From a virus: a stretch of DNA of 35,139 nucleotides. Within the stretch, counting starts at the first letter, position 1. Every line of letters starts with the position of its first letter. The stretch lies in UHGV virus genome UHGV-0098759. One strand, given 5' to 3'. Shown here one piece after another: positions 34,094 through 35,139 of the stretch. The notes beneath the pieces are model-generated. The model saw nothing but the letters and a program-made list of their open reading frames with translations, was not told the origin of the DNA and did no database searches. The translations under genes were made by a program, and so were the position numbers.

Positions 34094-34888
34094 ATGAAAA
34101 ACATTATCGCTGCTATCGTTCTTTCTGCTACTGCATTCGGTGCTAATGCTGCATCCTTCGATTGCACTAAAGCTACTACCAAATCAGAGAAGTTTATTTG
34201 TGCTAATGAGTCAATCTCCGCACTGGACTCTAAACTTCATGAAGTATATGTTAAGGCTGTTAAGATTGATCCGTCGCTTAAACAAGAGCAACGCAACTGG
34301 AATAAAACTGTTCGTGATACAATGATCAATATCGGGCAGATTCAGCCACTGGAGGCTGTATACAACGCTCAAATCCAAAACTTGATGGATGTATTATCTA
34401 AAGAAGAAACCGCGTCAGAAAGCGATTCAGAGACTTCTGCGAAGGTTGAAGAAGAACAACCGAAGGCAGTAGAAACTCTAAAAACCAAAGAGAAACAAGT
34501 TGTTCTGGAAAAGTCCCCAAATAGCAACTTCGTATATATTTGTCCGAAAGTAGTTAAGATAACCACAATTGACGGACTGAGTGTAGAAGATCGTGATATA
34601 GTGAAAGAAAACACAAAAATTGTAATCGATAAAAACAAAGACAAGGCAAAACTTCTAATTTCTGGAACGATGCACCCCCCAGTTGTAGTGGAAATGAATA
34701 TTGACGCTGATGGATTCATGTCAAAAACTACAAAAACTGGTGTAGAGTTATACGCACAACACGGAAAAACATATTCCGGTGATAAGATGGTTGATGATGT
34801 AAGAACACTGGACTATCATCATATTTATGTTGACAACCGTACCGGAAAGGAAATCGAATGGAAATATTCTTGTGTAGAGAAAAAATGA
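34094..34888 (+). CDS. secreted protein with LprI-like (lysozyme-inhibitor-like) N-terminal domain
   Basis: Signal peptide MKNIIAAIVLSATAFGANA, then SFDCTKATTKSEKFICANESISALDSKLHEVY matching the LprI-type pattern as recalled; signal peptide resembles that of the 1119..1538 product. Confidence 0.55.
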   Translation: MKNIIAAIVLSATAFGANAASFDCTKATTKSEKFICANESISALDSKLHEVYVKAVKIDPSLKQEQRNWNKTVRDTMINIGQIQPLEAVYNAQIQNLMDVLSKEETASESDSETSAKVEEEQPKAVETLKTKEKQVVLEKSPNSNFVYICPKVVKITTIDGLSVEDRDIVKENTKIVIDKNKDKAKLLISGTMHPPVVVEMNIDADGFMSKTTKTGVELYAQHGKTYSGDKMVDDVRTLDYHHIYVDNRTGKEIEWKYSCVEKK

Positions 34889-35020
34889 TAGAGGCGACAT
34901 AATACAATCAGAGATAGTTAAACGCCTGAATATTACTAGTTAGTTCCTAAGTTCATTTCTTATGGTGTTAATTGCGACTCAGTTGCTATAGAATTCTTCT
35001 AATTCATTGATTCTATAGCC

Positions 35021-35052
35021 CTGTCCTTGTGATGGGGCTTTTTATTGCAAAA
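35021..35052 (+). terminator. intrinsic terminator (AGCCCT...GGGGCT followed by TTTTTATT)
   Basis: Stem-loop of the same AGCCCUG...GGGGCU type as the late-operon terminators, followed by a T-run, downstream of the 264-aa gene. Confidence 0.45.
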
Positions 35053-35139
35053 TTTTTAGTTATTTTGGGTTGACTACATTCGGGTTGCCAATTCGCCTGG
35101 CTAACTCTTGCTGAGTGATTTCTGACTGTAAAAAAGCAT

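Overview
This window reads as most of a lambda-like siphovirus genome or prophage, probably from an enteric host; all calls rest on reading the sequence and ORF track by eye, with no database search run. A long minus-strand late operon (about 27.1 kb down to 3.8 kb) encodes lambda-type large terminase and portal, a fused prohead protease-scaffold-major capsid protein, connector proteins, two paralogous tail-tube-like proteins flanking a 1200-aa fibre, G/T chaperones, tape measure, M/L/K-like tip proteins, a J-like central fibre with a lambda-J-like C-terminus, and a lysis region. Plus-strand and divergent accessory genes include a large serine recombinase, three signal-peptide proteins, a Rha-like regulator and a family of small HTH proteins. 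The strongest finding is that the major capsid gene and one tail-tube gene both end in TGA followed by homologous in-frame extensions, while nearly every other gene ends in TAA, which suggests programmed stop-codon readthrough. Other notable signals are a (CTTGT)7 repeat placing an HTH gene out of frame with its only SD-preceded ATG, a 1.35-kb ORF-free region with an iteron array and a perfect consensus promoter, and a small-terminase-like gene lying about 6 kb from the large terminase gene.
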